The notes under the pieces are model-generated. The model ran no database searches and was not told where the DNA came from. It saw only the letters and a list, made by a program, of their open reading frames with translations. Below, one piece after another: positions 14,147-27,443 of a stretch of DNA of 64,000 nucleotides; within the stretch, counting starts at the first letter, position 1; the number at the start of each line of letters is the position of its first letter. The translations under genes were made by a program, and so were the position numbers. This DNA is from Octopus sinensis (lineage: Eukaryota): assembly GCF_006345805.1 (NCBI RefSeq), contig NC_042999.1, forward strand, positions 43,462,001 through 43,526,000. The letters run 5' to 3'.

Positions 14147-14280
14147 TTAGGAAGGGCATGTAGCTGTAGAAACTCTGCCAGATCAAGATTGGAGCCTGGT
14201 GCAACCATCTAGTTCGCCAGTCCTCAGTCAAATCGTCATACGCATGCTAGCATGGAAAGCGGACGTTAAACAATGATGAT
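14147..14280 (+). mobile_element. RTE LINE 3' tail fragment
   Basis: TTAGGAAGGGCAT...GCATGCTAGCATGGAAAGCGGACGTTAAAC + GAT tail, directly after (AT)n. Confidence 0.8.
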
Positions 14281-15130
14281 ATATATAAGTACACTCCGTT
14301 AAGGCATCCATCCATAGAAACCAGGCCAAAACAAATAACAGAGTCGGGTGCAGTCCTCTGGCAAGCCAGTGGACTGCACCAAACTCTGTTGTCTGTTTGA
14401 CTGCACTTTGTTAAACCATCCAACCCATGGCAGCATGGAAAGCATATACTAAATGATGATACAGCGTGGGTGTCTTTTAAGTGGCACCCGCACTGCAATC
14501 AACTCTGCAGTGGAGGATGGGTTTTCTTGAATACAGCAAGGCCCCAGATATCTCATTCCTATAGCCATCTCTTTCATAACGTTCAGTGTATTGAGATCAA
14601 CATTCAATAATTCAGCTCATAGTGCCACCTGCATGGTGTCCATGACCAAAGAGGAGATAACTACATCAAAATGCTTGCATCTCACGGTCTGGGTAGGTGG
14701 TGCTACCAGCTGATATAGGTGTATACACACCATTTGTCAACAAACGGATATATTTTCCATGACACAATGCAGTGAGTAGCTTGTTCACCTGTTCAAATGT
14801 GCCTCAAGCATATTCGGACTGATAATACCATTACTATTTTACTTATCACTGCTTAGCTCTCCCCTCTCTGTAATTCAATACTTTGTCTCACCCAGGTAAC
14901 TTGTGAGATTCAAATGATCAGACACATATAGCCTCCTGCCATTTGTGTCAAGGAAGTTACCTATACAGCTAAGTGCTTTATAGGTGCAAAACCAACAGTC
15001 ACTCTCTGACCAGGCGCAACAAACAGTCTTCTAGATATGTGTATATGTATGTATGTATATGTTTATGAATTTGTGTTGCAAGATTCTTGATATGAAAGCG
15101 TGTGTTGAAACAGATATTGTATTTCAGGAT

Positions 15131-15537
15131 ACTCTCATTTTACTCTTTTACTTGTTTCAGTCATTTGACTGTGGCCATGCTGGAGCACCGCTTTTAGTTG
15201 AGCAAATCAACCCCAGGACTTATTCTTTGGAAGCCTAGTACTTATTCTATCGGTCTCTTTGCTGAACCGCTATGTTACGGGGACATAAACACAGCAGTAT
15301 CGGTTGTGAAGTGATGTTGGGGGGACAAACACAGACACACAAACATATACACAAACATACATATATATATATACATATATACGACGGGCTTCTTTCAGTT
15401 TCCGTCTGCCAAATCTACTCACATAGCTTTGGTTGGCCCGAGGCTATAGTAGAAGACACTTGTCCAAGTTGCCATGCAGTCGGACTGAATCCGGAACCAT
15501 GTGGTTGGTAAGCAAGCTACTTATCACACAGCCACTC
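15131..15537 (-). mobile_element. SINE-A, full length
   Basis: Head, core and tail all present. Confidence 0.9.
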
Positions 15538-15855
15538 TTTTTTTTTTTTTTTTCCCAAATAGATACATGGATTATATATTCATTCTTCATTCATTTACTA
15601 TTGTTCTTATTTTAACTCATGTCCATTGGCCAGAAATCTTTTGTCACACATCTGTGACCTCTCCAGTGACCATTTCCATTTTCAAATGTGCTCCTGCTCA
15701 ACTTAGTCCATTTCTGGCCAATGGACATGAGTTAAAATAAGAACAGTAATAAACGAGTGAAGAATGAATATGTAGTGCATGTGCTTATTTCGAAAAAAAA
15801 AAATGACCATCCCAAAAGACATGTATATATATGTGTGTATGTATGTGTGTGTGTG

Positions 15856-15926
<71 letters not shown>

Positions 15927-16110
15927 ATACAAATATTCTTTTAAAAAAACTTTTCTTTAATTTTTCTAAATTTAATTTTTTAATTGTTACAGTTGAAAAC
16001 AGTTGAAAAGGTCTCAAAAGACCAAAACGAGTACTGAAATGTTCTTTATAAAATTATTTTAGCATTTTCTATCTTGACTTGTTTTTTCATATATATATAT
16101 AATATAATAT

Positions 16111-16152
<42 letters not shown>

Positions 16153-16258
16153 ACATATATATGCATATATATACATATATGTATGTATATATATTCATAT
16201 ATACATATGCGTGTATATATATGTATGTCTACATGTATGTGTGCGTGTGTGTGTGTGT

Positions 16259-16312
<54 letters not shown>

Positions 16313-16315
<3 letters not shown>

Positions 16316-17485
16316 GAGAAAACTAGGGATAGATGAATGGTTAGTGAGAGCTGTGCGGGCCATGTATAGGGACGCCGCTAGTAGGGTGAGGGTTGGAAAT
16401 GAGTACAGTGAAGAATTCCGGGTAGAGGTAGGGGTCCACCAAGGCTCAGTACTCAGCCCCCTCCTATTTATCATAGTCCTCCAGGCAATAACGGAGGAAT
16501 TCAAGACAGGATGCCCTTGGGAGCTCCTCTATGCTGATGACCTTGCTCTAATTGCTGAGTCGCTATCAGAACTGGAGGAGAAGTTTCAGGTGTGGAAACA
16601 AGGATTAGAATCGAAGGGCCTCAGAGTCAATCTAGCTAAAACCAAAGTCGTAATCAGTAGGAAGGTAGACAAATCACAAACACCTTCAGGTAGATGGCCC
16701 TGCTCGATCTGTAGAAAAGGTGTAGTAGAAACTCTATAAGATGCACCAAGTGTAAGCTATGGACACATAAGAGATGCAGCAATGTCAAAGGAAGGCTAAC
16801 TAGGAAGATGGTTTTTGTATGTGGCAGATGCTCAGGAACAATAAACACTGAAAATGCTCTGAGACCAACTTCCGTCACTTTCCAGGGAGAAAAACTAGAA
16901 ATAGTTGATAGTTTCCGTTACCTAGGTGACCAAGTCAGCAGCGGGGGTGGGTGTGCTGAAAGTGTAACTGCTAGAGTAAGAATAGCTTGGGCAAAGTTCA
17001 GAGAGCTCTTACCTCTGCTGGTGACAAAAGGCCTCTCGCACAGAGTGAAAGGCAGACTGTATGATGCGTGTGTACGAACAGCCATGCTACATGGCAGTGA
17101 AACATGGGCCGTGACTGCTGAGGATATGCGTAAGCTCGCTAGAAATGAAGCCAGTATGCTCCGATGGATGTGTAATGCCGGTACTCACTCTCGGCAGAGT
17201 GTAAGTACCTTGAGAGAAAAGCTGGACCTAAGAAGCATCAGTTGTGGTGTGCAAGAGAGACGTTTGCGCTGGTATGGTCATGTGGCGAGAATGGATGAAG
17301 ATAGTTGTGTGAAAAAGTGCCACACCCTAGCGGTTGAGGGAACCTGTGGAAGAGGCAGACCCAGGAAAACCTGGGACGAGGTGGTGAAGCACGACCTTCG
17401 AACTTTAGGTCTCACTGAGGAAATGACTAGAGACCGAGACCTCTGGAAGTGTGCTGTGCGCGAGAAGACCCGGCAGGACAAGTGA
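16313..17485 (+). pseudogene. RTE ORF remnant (reverse transcriptase with PHD-like insertion), one 1-bp frameshift near 16725
   Basis: ORF-track 16074-16739 and 16808-17485 join if one G is restored in GGTGTAG(G)TAGAAAC, giving [12 protein letters not shown]. Confidence 0.85.
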
Positions 17486-18085
17486 GTCCACAACCCGTGG
17501 CCTTCTACATGGGATGGAGCCAGCCTACGTATGCATACCTTCCCTTCTTGGGACACAAAACTCTACTTGTGAAGACGTGTTGAGGCAAGTGAGGATCAGA
17601 ATCGAAATCGATCAATGGAAATTGCGGATGTGCTACCAGTGCCGGTGGCATGTCGAAACTCTGCTTGTGAAGACCCATTGAGGCAAGTGAGGATCAGAAT
17701 CGAAATCGATCAATGGAAATTGCAGATGTGTTACCAGTGCCGGTGGCATGTAAGAGAACTTTCCGTTTCGCGACCGTTGCCAGCACCGCCCCGTTTCGTG
17801 TCCGTTGCCAGCCTCGCCTGGCCCTCGTGCCGGTGGCACATAAAAAGCACCATCCGTTCGTGGCCGTTTGCCAGCTCTGTCTGGCACCAGTGCGGGTGGC
17901 ACGTAAAAAGCACCCACTACACTCACGGAGTGGTTGGCGTTAGGAAGGGCATCCAGCCGTAGAAACACTGCCAGATTTGACTGGGCCTGATGAAGCCTTC
18001 TGGCTTCACAGACCCCAGTAGAACCGTCCAACCCATGCTAGCATGGAAAACGGACGCTAAATGATGATGATGATGATGATGATAT
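16313..18085 (+). mobile_element. 5'-truncated RTE-clade non-LTR retrotransposon (RT C-terminal half, about 600-bp 3' UTR, (GAT)n tail)
   Basis: RT motifs [32 protein letters not shown] and C-terminal RLRWYGHVARM...GRGRPRKTW; embedded in (AT)n. Confidence 0.95.
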
Positions 18086-18439
18086 ATATATATATAGATA
18101 GATAGATAGATAGATAGATATAAACACATATCTATATATATATATATATATATATTTGTATGTATGTATATATGTACATATGTATGTTTGTATATTTATA
18201 TACATATATTTAAAGGTAAGATCCAGGGATCCAAGTGTAGGAAGTTAGTAAGCTTCAAGTAGTTCATGGCAGGTAGTGAAAACAAAATGTGCATTGTGGA
18301 TGCTCAGGAACAATAACAATTTATTGGCATTGAAGGTTATACATTTTTTCCCATATCAAAATTCAAAGGAAATTTGATAAGCTGAAAATTTCTGTTTAGC
18401 TCATGGTTAGCAACTAGAGTTGCAAAGAAAGCAAATAAA

Positions 18440-19015
18440 AGTCCAAATTGAGGAAGTAGAACAGGTAAAATTTAGGCTACATATGTTTCTTAGCTAGCTG
18501 ATTCTCTGATGTACTAATTATTCAATGAGAGGTGCTCAGCTAAGCTAGTCAGCAAGCCAGGAATACCTTAATTCAAGAAGGTTGCATTGTTTGGAAATTC
18601 AAAGTTAACATATCACAGATCTGAATTAAACTGAGTAATGAATCTGGAAGAGCAAAATATATTTTCTTTACTTTGTGATCTCTTTATTTTCTCCATTTTG
18701 CATGTGGGAGTGTTTGAGTGAACACATCTGTCCATGCACACCTTACTCCTTGTTTGTTCTATTTCTTCAAACCTTTCTTTTTATTTTTATTTTGTTCTTC
18801 CAGCTTCACCACTCATTTTAACTCAGATCTGTGGTGAGTTAACTTGCAATTCCTGAACAACAATGCAACCGTCATGCAATTGCAATTAAGGTATTCTCTG
18901 CTTGGTGAATAGCTTGGCCGAGTACTCCTCATTGAATAATTATAATATCAGAGGATCAGCAAGCTGAGAAACATATGTAGCCTTAATTTTACCTGATCCA
19001 CTTGCTCAGTTTGGA
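18440..19015. repeat. About 220-bp inverted duplication (arms about 18440-18660 and 18785-19015)
   Basis: CAGGTAAAATTTAGGCTACATATGTTTC...AATACCTTAATT...CACAGATCTGA matches the reverse complement of the second arm, roughly 80% by eye. Confidence 0.85.
18804..18833 (+). CDS. Candidate 30-nt exon (phase 1-1 reading xSPLILTQIC)
   Basis: Long polypyrimidine tract + CAG acceptor, GTGAGT donor, length divisible by 3; no homology recognised. Confidence 0.25.
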
Positions 19016-19312
19016 AAAGATGAAGACAGGTGAGGGAACAACAAGTAGGATTTATTTAGTAAATAAATAAATAAATTGACATAATATAATGTCTAAAAGT
19101 TGATGAACTACCTATTGATCCACTCCATTTTCTTATTGCTCTATAAATTAATGGTAAAATATCTCTTTACCCTCACACATCTAGTACACTCGGTAATGTA
19201 ATTGCAATGCAATAAAAAACACGTGTGTATTAATAATTGGGTATTCTACCAGCAGTGTATTGGATAGATACTATCCCTTAGTTGGTTGGATTCACAACCT
19301 CTAACTTTCTTG

Positions 19313-19355
<43 letters not shown>

Positions 19356-19365
19356 CATACATATA

Positions 19366-19602
19366 AAGGGTGAAATATAATTAATTTAATAAAATTAATA
19401 AATTTCACCTAGTAGTTTTTTCGGTATGGAAAGGACCATATTCAGTAAAAATTATATAATTATATATATATGTGTGGTAAAGTAAATTATTTTACTGAAC
19501 CCTAATTATATAACGTAATGTTTTAAATATACCGTAAATGGTCTTTTTACATACTGAACACTACTTGGTAAAATTGATAGTTAATAATTAATTTTACCCT
19601 TT
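19366..19602. repeat. Foldback element with about 100-bp degenerate inverted arms, inserted in (AT)n
   Basis: AAGGGTGAAAT...AATTTCACCTAGTAGT...AAAGGACCAT vs the reverse complement of 19503-19602. Confidence 0.7.
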
Positions 19603-19878
19603 TATTATTGACAATATATATATATATATAATAAACCTTTACATAAATAAATAACGTGAAATACATGAAGGGATGAACATAAGAGACAGACGAGTCATTC
19701 AAAGCCTTCATTCTTCAGTCAGAAACCGATTCCTCATCGCAGATTTCGGCTGTTTAATTCTGAGATCCGCTCTGAATCGGCCAGCCCCAGAAGGAAAGAA
19801 TGCAACGCAACAGAGACGAACATGAAACGAAATATATATATATATATACATACATACATACATACATACATACATACA

Positions 19879-19910
<32 letters not shown>

Positions 19911-20432
19911 CACACACACATATATACATAAATACATACATACACATATGCATACATTTTTTATGGGATTACTTGTTTACATCATAAATTCTATTTCGGT
20001 TCTCATCTGGAGTGAACCTGGTCACGTCTATGAAAGGGAAAATACCTTCTAGTTGTTTTTGATGAAATGATGAAGTAATATACTTGGTGGAGAAGGTGAT
20101 TTGGTTATTCTGTCAAGGCAATCCTGTAACATGACATTATCTCTTATGCAAGGTCCAAGATGGCCTAAGCAGAATAGATAAACCACCAATTTCTCAATTA
20201 ATTAGGCCACTCTAACTCACTACTTCACTAACCTTCCATATTTTACCCTTAGATGCGACAACAGATGAAGTTCCAAATGTGAACTGAAACAGAATTAATT
20301 CTGTAAACAAGTTACTTGATAAAGAATATAGATGGTCAACTTTCTGAATTCACTGAGATCAACTTTTCAGAGACGATAAAATAAGTACCAGTTGAGCCCC
20401 ACAATTGTAGATCTGGAATCAAAATTTGAAAC

Positions 20433-20580
20433 CATTATTATTATTCATCATCATCATCATTAGTAGTAGTAGTAGTAGTAGTGGTAGCAGCAGCAGCAGC
20501 AGCAGCTGTAGCAGCAGCAGCAGCAGTAGCAGTAGTAGTAGTAGTAGCAGTGGTGGTGGTGGTGGTAGTAGTAGTAGTAA
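20433..20580. repeat. Compound trinucleotide microsatellite (ATT/ATC/AGT/AGC/TGG)
   Basis: Direct reading; source of the poly-T/A/D ORF 20441-20758. Confidence 0.95.
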
Positions 20581-21145
20581 AGCAGTGAGCTGGTAGAGTT
20601 GTTAGCATGTTGGCCATCATGATTAGCAGCATTTCATTCGTCTTTACATTCAGAGTCAAAATTCTACCAAGGTCAACTTTGCCTGAATCCTTTTGGGTTT
20701 GATGAAATGAGTACCAGTTGAGCACTGGGGTCAATGTAATCAAATAGTTTCTGAGCATTAAGTGCCAGGCCCTTCTTCTATAAGCTGTATATAAAAACTG
20801 CTGACATGATGGTCCATAGGGCTTCTGGAATATGAGTTAACAGATTACAGTCATTAGCACAACGAACTGTTCAGATGTGAAGTTGGTGAAGAGCATGCAA
20901 CTTTCTCATGTTGGAAAGTTTCCTACTAAACCAGAAGTTAAAACTGACTTCTGCCCTGCTTACCATAATTTTGCATAAACATTATGGCCACATGAAATTT
21001 CACTCACAAATCACTGATCAAAGTAGGGCTATTGTTGAAGAAAGTTGCCCAAGGTACCAAGGGATAGAATTGAAAACGGAATCGTATAGTTGCAAAGTGA
21101 AGTGAACTTGTTAATATCCCAATAACACACACACATACACACGCA

Positions 21146-21187
<42 letters not shown>

Positions 21188-21871
21188 AATACAGTTCCAA
21201 GACATACAATTTAACTTGAAAAACAACATAGCATGAAAAATCTTTTTTAAAATATTATTAACTTATATATCTGTTTTAATAAATGGTTTGTACGTATTTT
21301 CACATGTATTTTATTCGATTTTATACTTGAGTATTTGTTTTTAGATTTCAAAAAAAAAAAATTTTTTCTTTTAAATATGTTTGCTGAGATGAATGTTAAG
21401 TCAGATAAATCGACTGATGTTGATGTTTATTTTTACCATTAATTTCTTAAGACAAGAAAAAGACAAGATTCAAAAAGTCATAACTTGAAATGGCATAAGT
21501 TGAGGTATACCTAGACATATATATATATACATGTATGCTATGTAAATAAGTCTTAAATTTAGATCATAAATTTTTTTCATTTTCCCTCGCTCTCTTAATT
21601 TCTTTTTCTTCCTCTTTGATAAAGAATGTAAATTGAACACCAAATTCTTTCCTGTTTCTTTCTTTGGTTTATTCAGTTTCACTGTACGCTTCTTTGATTG
21701 GTGTTTTTTCACTTCATATTTCAACGCTTTTTCACACATGTGCTTCAGTTTGTCTGACTTAATGTAATATTTGCTTATTTGTCTTCTCTTAGCTTCATTA
21801 TCTTATGTTATTTTATCTGTCTAGTTATCAATACATACATATATATATATATGTATATATATAAATATATG

Positions 21872-22141
21872 TGGAGGCGCAATGGCCCGGTGGTTAGGGC
21901 AGTGGACTCGCGGTCGTAGGATCGGAGTTTCAATTCCCAGACCAGGCGTTGTGAATGTTTATTGAGCGAAAACAACTAAAGCTCCACACGAGGCTCTCGC
22001 AGGGGGGGGGTGAACCCTGCTGTACTTTTTCGCCACAACTTTCTCTCAATCTTTCTTCTGTTGCTAAAACAATGCGAAGTGCATTGTGACCAGCGATGTG
22101 TAGCAACATCTGATAGCCTGGTCAGTCACGTGATCATGTGA
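21872..22141 (+). mobile_element. tRNA-derived SINE family B
   Basis: Head GGAGGCGCAATGGCCCGGTGGTTAGGGC...GTTTCAATTCCC; core TTGAGCGAAAAC. Confidence 0.85.
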
Positions 22142-22415
22142 TATATATATATATATACAAGTAGCACACAACACAGTCTTAATAACAATTTGACTTAGCT
22201 TTAATGCGTATGGAGCTGAGTCAAGCACTTATTAGAAACAAGTTACAGGACAGTACACAGCATGCTATACAAGCTTATCTGACTGCTGGACTGTCAGAAC
22301 ATGAAACTTACAATAGCACACATTAAAATCCTGCGTTTATTAAATGATATTTATTTCTCACTAGATGGAGTATATTTTTGTTGCTTCCACCAATAATGGA
22401 ACATCACACACACAC

Positions 22416-22468
<53 letters not shown>

Positions 22469-22517
22469 GCATATATACACATAATATATATATATATATA
22501 TTTTTTTTTTTCATTAG

Positions 22518-22840
22518 GAGCAGTCCGTCGGTTATGACAATGAGGGTCCCAGCTGATACAATCAACGGAACAGCTTGCTCATGAAATAAGCGTGCAAGTG
22601 GCTGAGCACACCACAGACATGTGTACCCTTAACGTAGTTCTCAGGGAGATTCAGTGTCACACAGAGTGTGACAAGGCTGGCTCTTTCAATACAGGTACTA
22701 CTCATTTTTGCCAGCTGAGTGTACAGGAGCAAAGTGAAATAAAGTGTCTTGCTCAAGGACACAATGCATCGCCAGGAATTGAACTTACAACCTCACAATC
22801 ATGGGCCGAATGCCCTAACCACTAAGCCATGCACCTTCAC
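22518..22840 (-). mobile_element. SINE-C, full length
   Basis: Collinear with 58-766. Confidence 0.85.
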
Positions 22841-22855
22841 ATAAATATATATATA

Positions 22856-23215
22856 GATGTGGTGTGCAAGAGAGACGACTGCACTGTATGGTCATGTGGT
22901 GAGAATGGATGAGGATAGCTGTGCGAAAAGGTGCCACACCCTAGCGGTTGAAGGAACCTGTGGAAGAGGTCGACCCAGGAAGACCTGGGATGAGGTGGTG
23001 AAGCATGACCTTTGAACATTAAGCCTCACCAAGGCAATGACTAGTGACCGAGACCTTTGGAAATATGCTGTGCTTGAGAAGACCCCGGCAAGCTAAGTGA
23101 GACCATAACCCATGGCCTATGCCAGTGGTGTAACCAGCCCACTTATGCATACCTTTCCTTCATTGGACACTAAACTCTGCTTGCAAAGACCTGTTGAGGC
23201 AAGTGAAATCAAAAT
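22856..23215 (+). mobile_element. RTE LINE fragment (ORF end plus start of 3' UTR)
   Basis: Parallels 17245-17600 (GVQERRL...GHVVRMDEDSC...GRGRPRKTWDEVVKHDL). Confidence 0.85.
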
Positions 23216-23651
23216 TGAAAACAAATTCGATGACAGCACCACACGACTGGCATCGAAATTGATTCAATATAGAAATAACGAACTTTTTTGAAATAATTCT
23301 GTTGACTAGCTTCCCCGATTTCAGCACAACGTGTATTTATAGTGAGTGTATAATAATATGTGGAAATTGATGATTTAAAAGTCTGTTATCAGCATATTGG
23401 CATGGAAATAATTTTTCTTTTGCCCTTGTTTATAAGTTGTATATATCCTTGTGTTATTTGTCCTGTACTCTATCTTTTCGTTGTTTAAGAAAAATGTCCA
23501 GTTCCTTGGTTTTGTGTTTATGTTTTCGTTTCTCACTGTGTTCGACGTTTTTTTGGTGTCCTGTACCCATATATGCATGCATATATACATGTAGAGGTAG
23601 GTACGTACATATATGTATGTATATATGCATATGTTTTATTTATTAATTTAT

Positions 23652-23695
<44 letters not shown>

Positions 23696-24536
23696 AAAAT
23701 ACATTTATACACATACACAAATACACATAAACACAGATACACACACACACACACATACTCATACCACACACATATACTTGGTAGTATATTATAGTTATAA
23801 AATGAAATACTGAGTCCTTGCTAACAATTTATATGCTAGCATGGAGAATGGACGTTAAACGGTGATGATGATGATGATGATGATGATGTATGCACACGCA
23901 CACACACACACACACATTCACACACACGCACTTACATAGATACACACACACTACGCGTGTATCACTTTCTGTAGAAATAAAATGTATCAGCTTGAATATA
24001 TTTGCAAAACAAATGATAAAGTTAAATAACAAACGACATGAAGGAACCCACCACTAAAATATCAGATACACGCCTAGAATAAAGAAATCAAACTAGACTA
24101 AGAGCTGTTTTGTGTTATTGGAGACACAATGTCCAGTCAACCAATTCATTCATTCTAACTTTCATTAACACATTAACTGTTTGTCATTCTCATGTCAAAA
24201 GCTATCAGTTTGAAATTTGAGAACTTTCATGACAAAATACTCATCTCTAATGATTGGACCTTATAGAAAGTACAACTTTATAGATGCAAAGATTATAGCT
24301 TTGAATTCAAATTTGACAAATATCCAGAGACAAATATATTTATAAGAACAAATATAAAAATCTTTCACTAAATATGAAAAAAAAAAAAGATTTGTTAACC
24401 CTTCTATGACTAGATTTGTAATAAAGTAGTGTGCTTTTGAGTTAATAATTAATTTTCAATATAATCAAGACTGTAGAAGGGCTTAGGATAATATCTGTGA
24501 CACTATATATTGGTATACATCAAGATGCAGGTGTGA

Positions 24537-24930
24537 ATCATTCATCATCATCATCGTCATCGTTTAACGTCTGCTTTCCATGATAGCTTGGGTTGGACGA
24601 TTTGACTCAGGACTGGCGAACCAGATGGCTGCACCAGGCTCCAATCTTGATCTGGCAGAGTTTCTACAGCTAGATGCTCTTCCTAATGCCAACTGCTCCA
24701 AGAGAGTAGTGGGTGCTTTTATGTGCCACCGGCATGAGGGTCAGTCAGGCGGTACTGGCAACGGCCACACTTAAATGGTGTTTTTTATGTATCACCTGCA
24801 GAGGAGCCAGTCCAGCAGCACTGGCAAGGACCTTGCTCGAATGTTTCTTCATGTGCCACCAGCACAAGTGCCAGTAAGGCGACGCTGGTAACGATCACAC
24901 TCGAATGGTGCTTTTTACATGCCACCAGCA
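24537..24930 (-). mobile_element. RTE LINE 3' UTR fragment
   Basis: CATCGTTTAACGTC tail signature and UTR subrepeats. Confidence 0.8.
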
Positions 24931-25679
24931 TGGAATATGTAGTAAAAAGTTTGCTTCTAGGCAGTGGTAGCAAAGCTGGTGGCTATGCTTGTATTGATAT
25001 TGGTGTTGACAAGCTGGTATGTATTACATTAGTGTTGAATAACTGTTAATGTTGGTCATTGACAAAAGGGTATACATTATTGTTGGTGCTGACACAAATA
25101 TTTAACATGCTTCCACCAGGTACTTAGGTAGCTTTAATAAAATTCACCCTATCGAAGCAATCCAAGTTCCTGTTGCAAACATGTTAAATATTTACATACC
25201 CCACCACCACCACCACCAGTTCTCTACTCATAAAATGGATTTTCTGCAATATATTGACCTATGGGTTCAGGCTAGAAATTGGCTTCCTCATTTTTATGAT
25301 TCTTGAAGATCCTACAGGTATTATAACCATTGTATTTCATGCTCTAATTAACTTACTAAAACTGCTACTCAATCGGATACAATGATATGTGTTCTAGTTG
25401 ATATGATCAATGGAAAAGCCTGCTCATGAAATTAACAAGCAAGTGGCTGAGCACCCCACAGATGCAAGTACTCACACCAAATGTGACAAGGCTGGCATCT
25501 TTGAATTACATATGCAGCTAATTTTTGCCAGCTGAAATAAAGTGTCTTGCTCAAGGAATCAAATTCATGCCACCAAGAATAAATCTCACAACCTTACGAT
25601 TGTGAACCAAACACTTTAAACGCTAAGATACACACCTTCACAACTTATGATGTGTGTGTATATATATATATATTGTTTG

Positions 25680-25975
25680 TTCCTTCTCAAGCCACACCTG
25701 GCTCATTAGAGCTGGTTTCCCAGTTTCCTTGCTGTATAGGTTTCCCACCTGGATGGGGCACCAGTCTGTTGCAGGTAAGCTGCAAAATGCAGGAGGAAAG
25801 AGTGAGAGAAAGTTGTGGCGAAAGAGACAGCAGAAGTTCACCATTACCTTCTGCCAGAGCCGTGTGGAGCTTAGGTGTTTTGCTCATAAACACACACTTG
25901 CCCGGTCTGAGATCCGAACCCATGATCCCTCTACCTAGAGTCTTCGCTGCTCTAACCACTAGGCCATGTGCCTCC
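25680..25975 (-). mobile_element. SINE-B variant
   Basis: Reverse complement of the SINE-B head and core. Confidence 0.75.
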
Positions 25976-26423
25976 ACACACACACACACACATATATACA
26001 CACACACACCACATTTTCCAGCATATAAAACATAATTTTAACATTTTTAAAGATACCCAAAGTGATAAGCTGCCAAAATTATTAGCATGCCAGGCAAAAT
26101 ACTCAGCAGCATTTTATCTGTCTTTATGTTCTGAGTTCAAATGCTGCCAAAGTCAACTATGCCTTTCACCCTTTTGGGGTTGATAAAATGAGTACCAGTT
26201 GAGTACCAGAGTTGATGTAATCAACTTAATCCCTACCCCAAAATTGTTAGTCAGTGCTAAAATTTGAAACTAATATTTTTAAAGGTACCTCAAGATGACC
26301 TTGTATCTGAGGCAGTCATATTACAGATGGGAGACCAAGTGTTGCAGGCTAGGGAACTAGATAAGCAAAGAGTAATAATTATCACTGATACACAAATACT
26401 GTAAACAAGCCAAAATATCGCAG

Positions 26424-26582
26424 AGGAGTGGCTGTGTGGTAAGTAGCTTGCTTACCAACCACATGGTTCCAGGTTCAGTCCCACTGCGTGGTACCTTGTG
26501 AAAGTGTCTTCTACTATAGCCTCAACCGACCAAAGCCTCGTGAGTGGATTTGGTAGGTGGAAAGTGAAAGAAGCCTGTTGTA

Positions 26583-26631
<49 letters not shown>

Positions 26632-26828
26632 TTGTGTGTCTGTATTTATCCCCCAACATCGCTTGACAACCGACGCTGGCGTATTTATGTCCCTGTGACT
26701 TAGCGGTTCTGCAAAAAAGACTGATAGAATAAGTACTAGGCTTACAAAGAATAAGTCCCAGGGTCAATTTGCTCGACAAAAGGCAGTGCTCCAGCATGGC
26801 CACAGTCAAATGACTAAAACAAGTAAAA
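26424..26828 (+). mobile_element. SINE-A, full length
   Basis: Head, core and tail all present. Confidence 0.9.
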
Positions 26829-26970
26829 AAAAAAAATGTATGAAAAACTGCTTATGTATGATGGCAGTTATGTGGGGAGGTCACATCATCTCATTATACC
26901 TGCTTACCCAGCATATGTAGGCCACACTTGATATGTGTTTTACATTAGTTAATGACTGCGTTACCTTTAA

Positions 26971-27414
26971 CCCTTTAGCATTCAGACTGGCTGTATCCAG
27001 CCAAAATATTCTACCTGTTTTATGTTCAAAATGGCCAGATCTAGCTTCTCACACCTACCACACAATGTCATTCTAAAAATAGACAATCACATCACCAAAA
27101 TCATAAAGCTATGAGATAATGAGATAATCTCAAAGCTATGAGATTAATTCAAAACCATGTGAATAAATAAGCATTATGTTTGACAGAATAATCTGGGTTA
27201 ATCCTTTAGCATTCAAACCGGCCATAGCTGCCCAAAAAGCCTACTTTTATGCTCAAAACAGCCAGAGCTGACCTCTCACACCTATCCTACAATATCCTTC
27301 TAAAAATAAACAATCACATCATAGAAATCTCACAGCTACATAATAATGCATGATGTATTCAAAATATGAATAAATCAGCATTACATTTGACAGAATAATC
27401 TGAATACTAAAGGG
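26971..27414. mobile_element. Two tandem piggyBac-like MITEs sharing a TTAA (27198-27201)
   Basis: TTAA-CCCTTTAGC start, AAAGGG-TTAA end, internal GGG-TTAA-TCCTTTAGC junction. Confidence 0.8.
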
Positions 27415-27443
27415 TTAAGAAACATTTTTGTAATTATTTAAAT

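Noticed and set aside
19690-19740. CUGAAGA on the minus strand of a repeat
   Set aside because: No convincing stem II followed by GAAA
20261-20310. Hammerhead-like string CAGAUGA AGUUC/GAACU GAAA CAGAA(UUAA)UUCUG UA
   Set aside because: Stems II and III pair but stem I does not, and U4 is A; it overlaps a candidate terminal exon (acceptor at 20252, DATTDEVPNVN-stop), so it is not called
21470-21800. Lys-rich minus-strand ORF (MCEKALKYEVKKHQSKK...)
   Set aside because: Expected from a T-rich plus strand; poor splice acceptor; no recognised homology
21872-21950. tRNA-like sequence
   Set aside because: SINE-B head with no complete acceptor stem, continuing into SINE body; same for the other SINE heads
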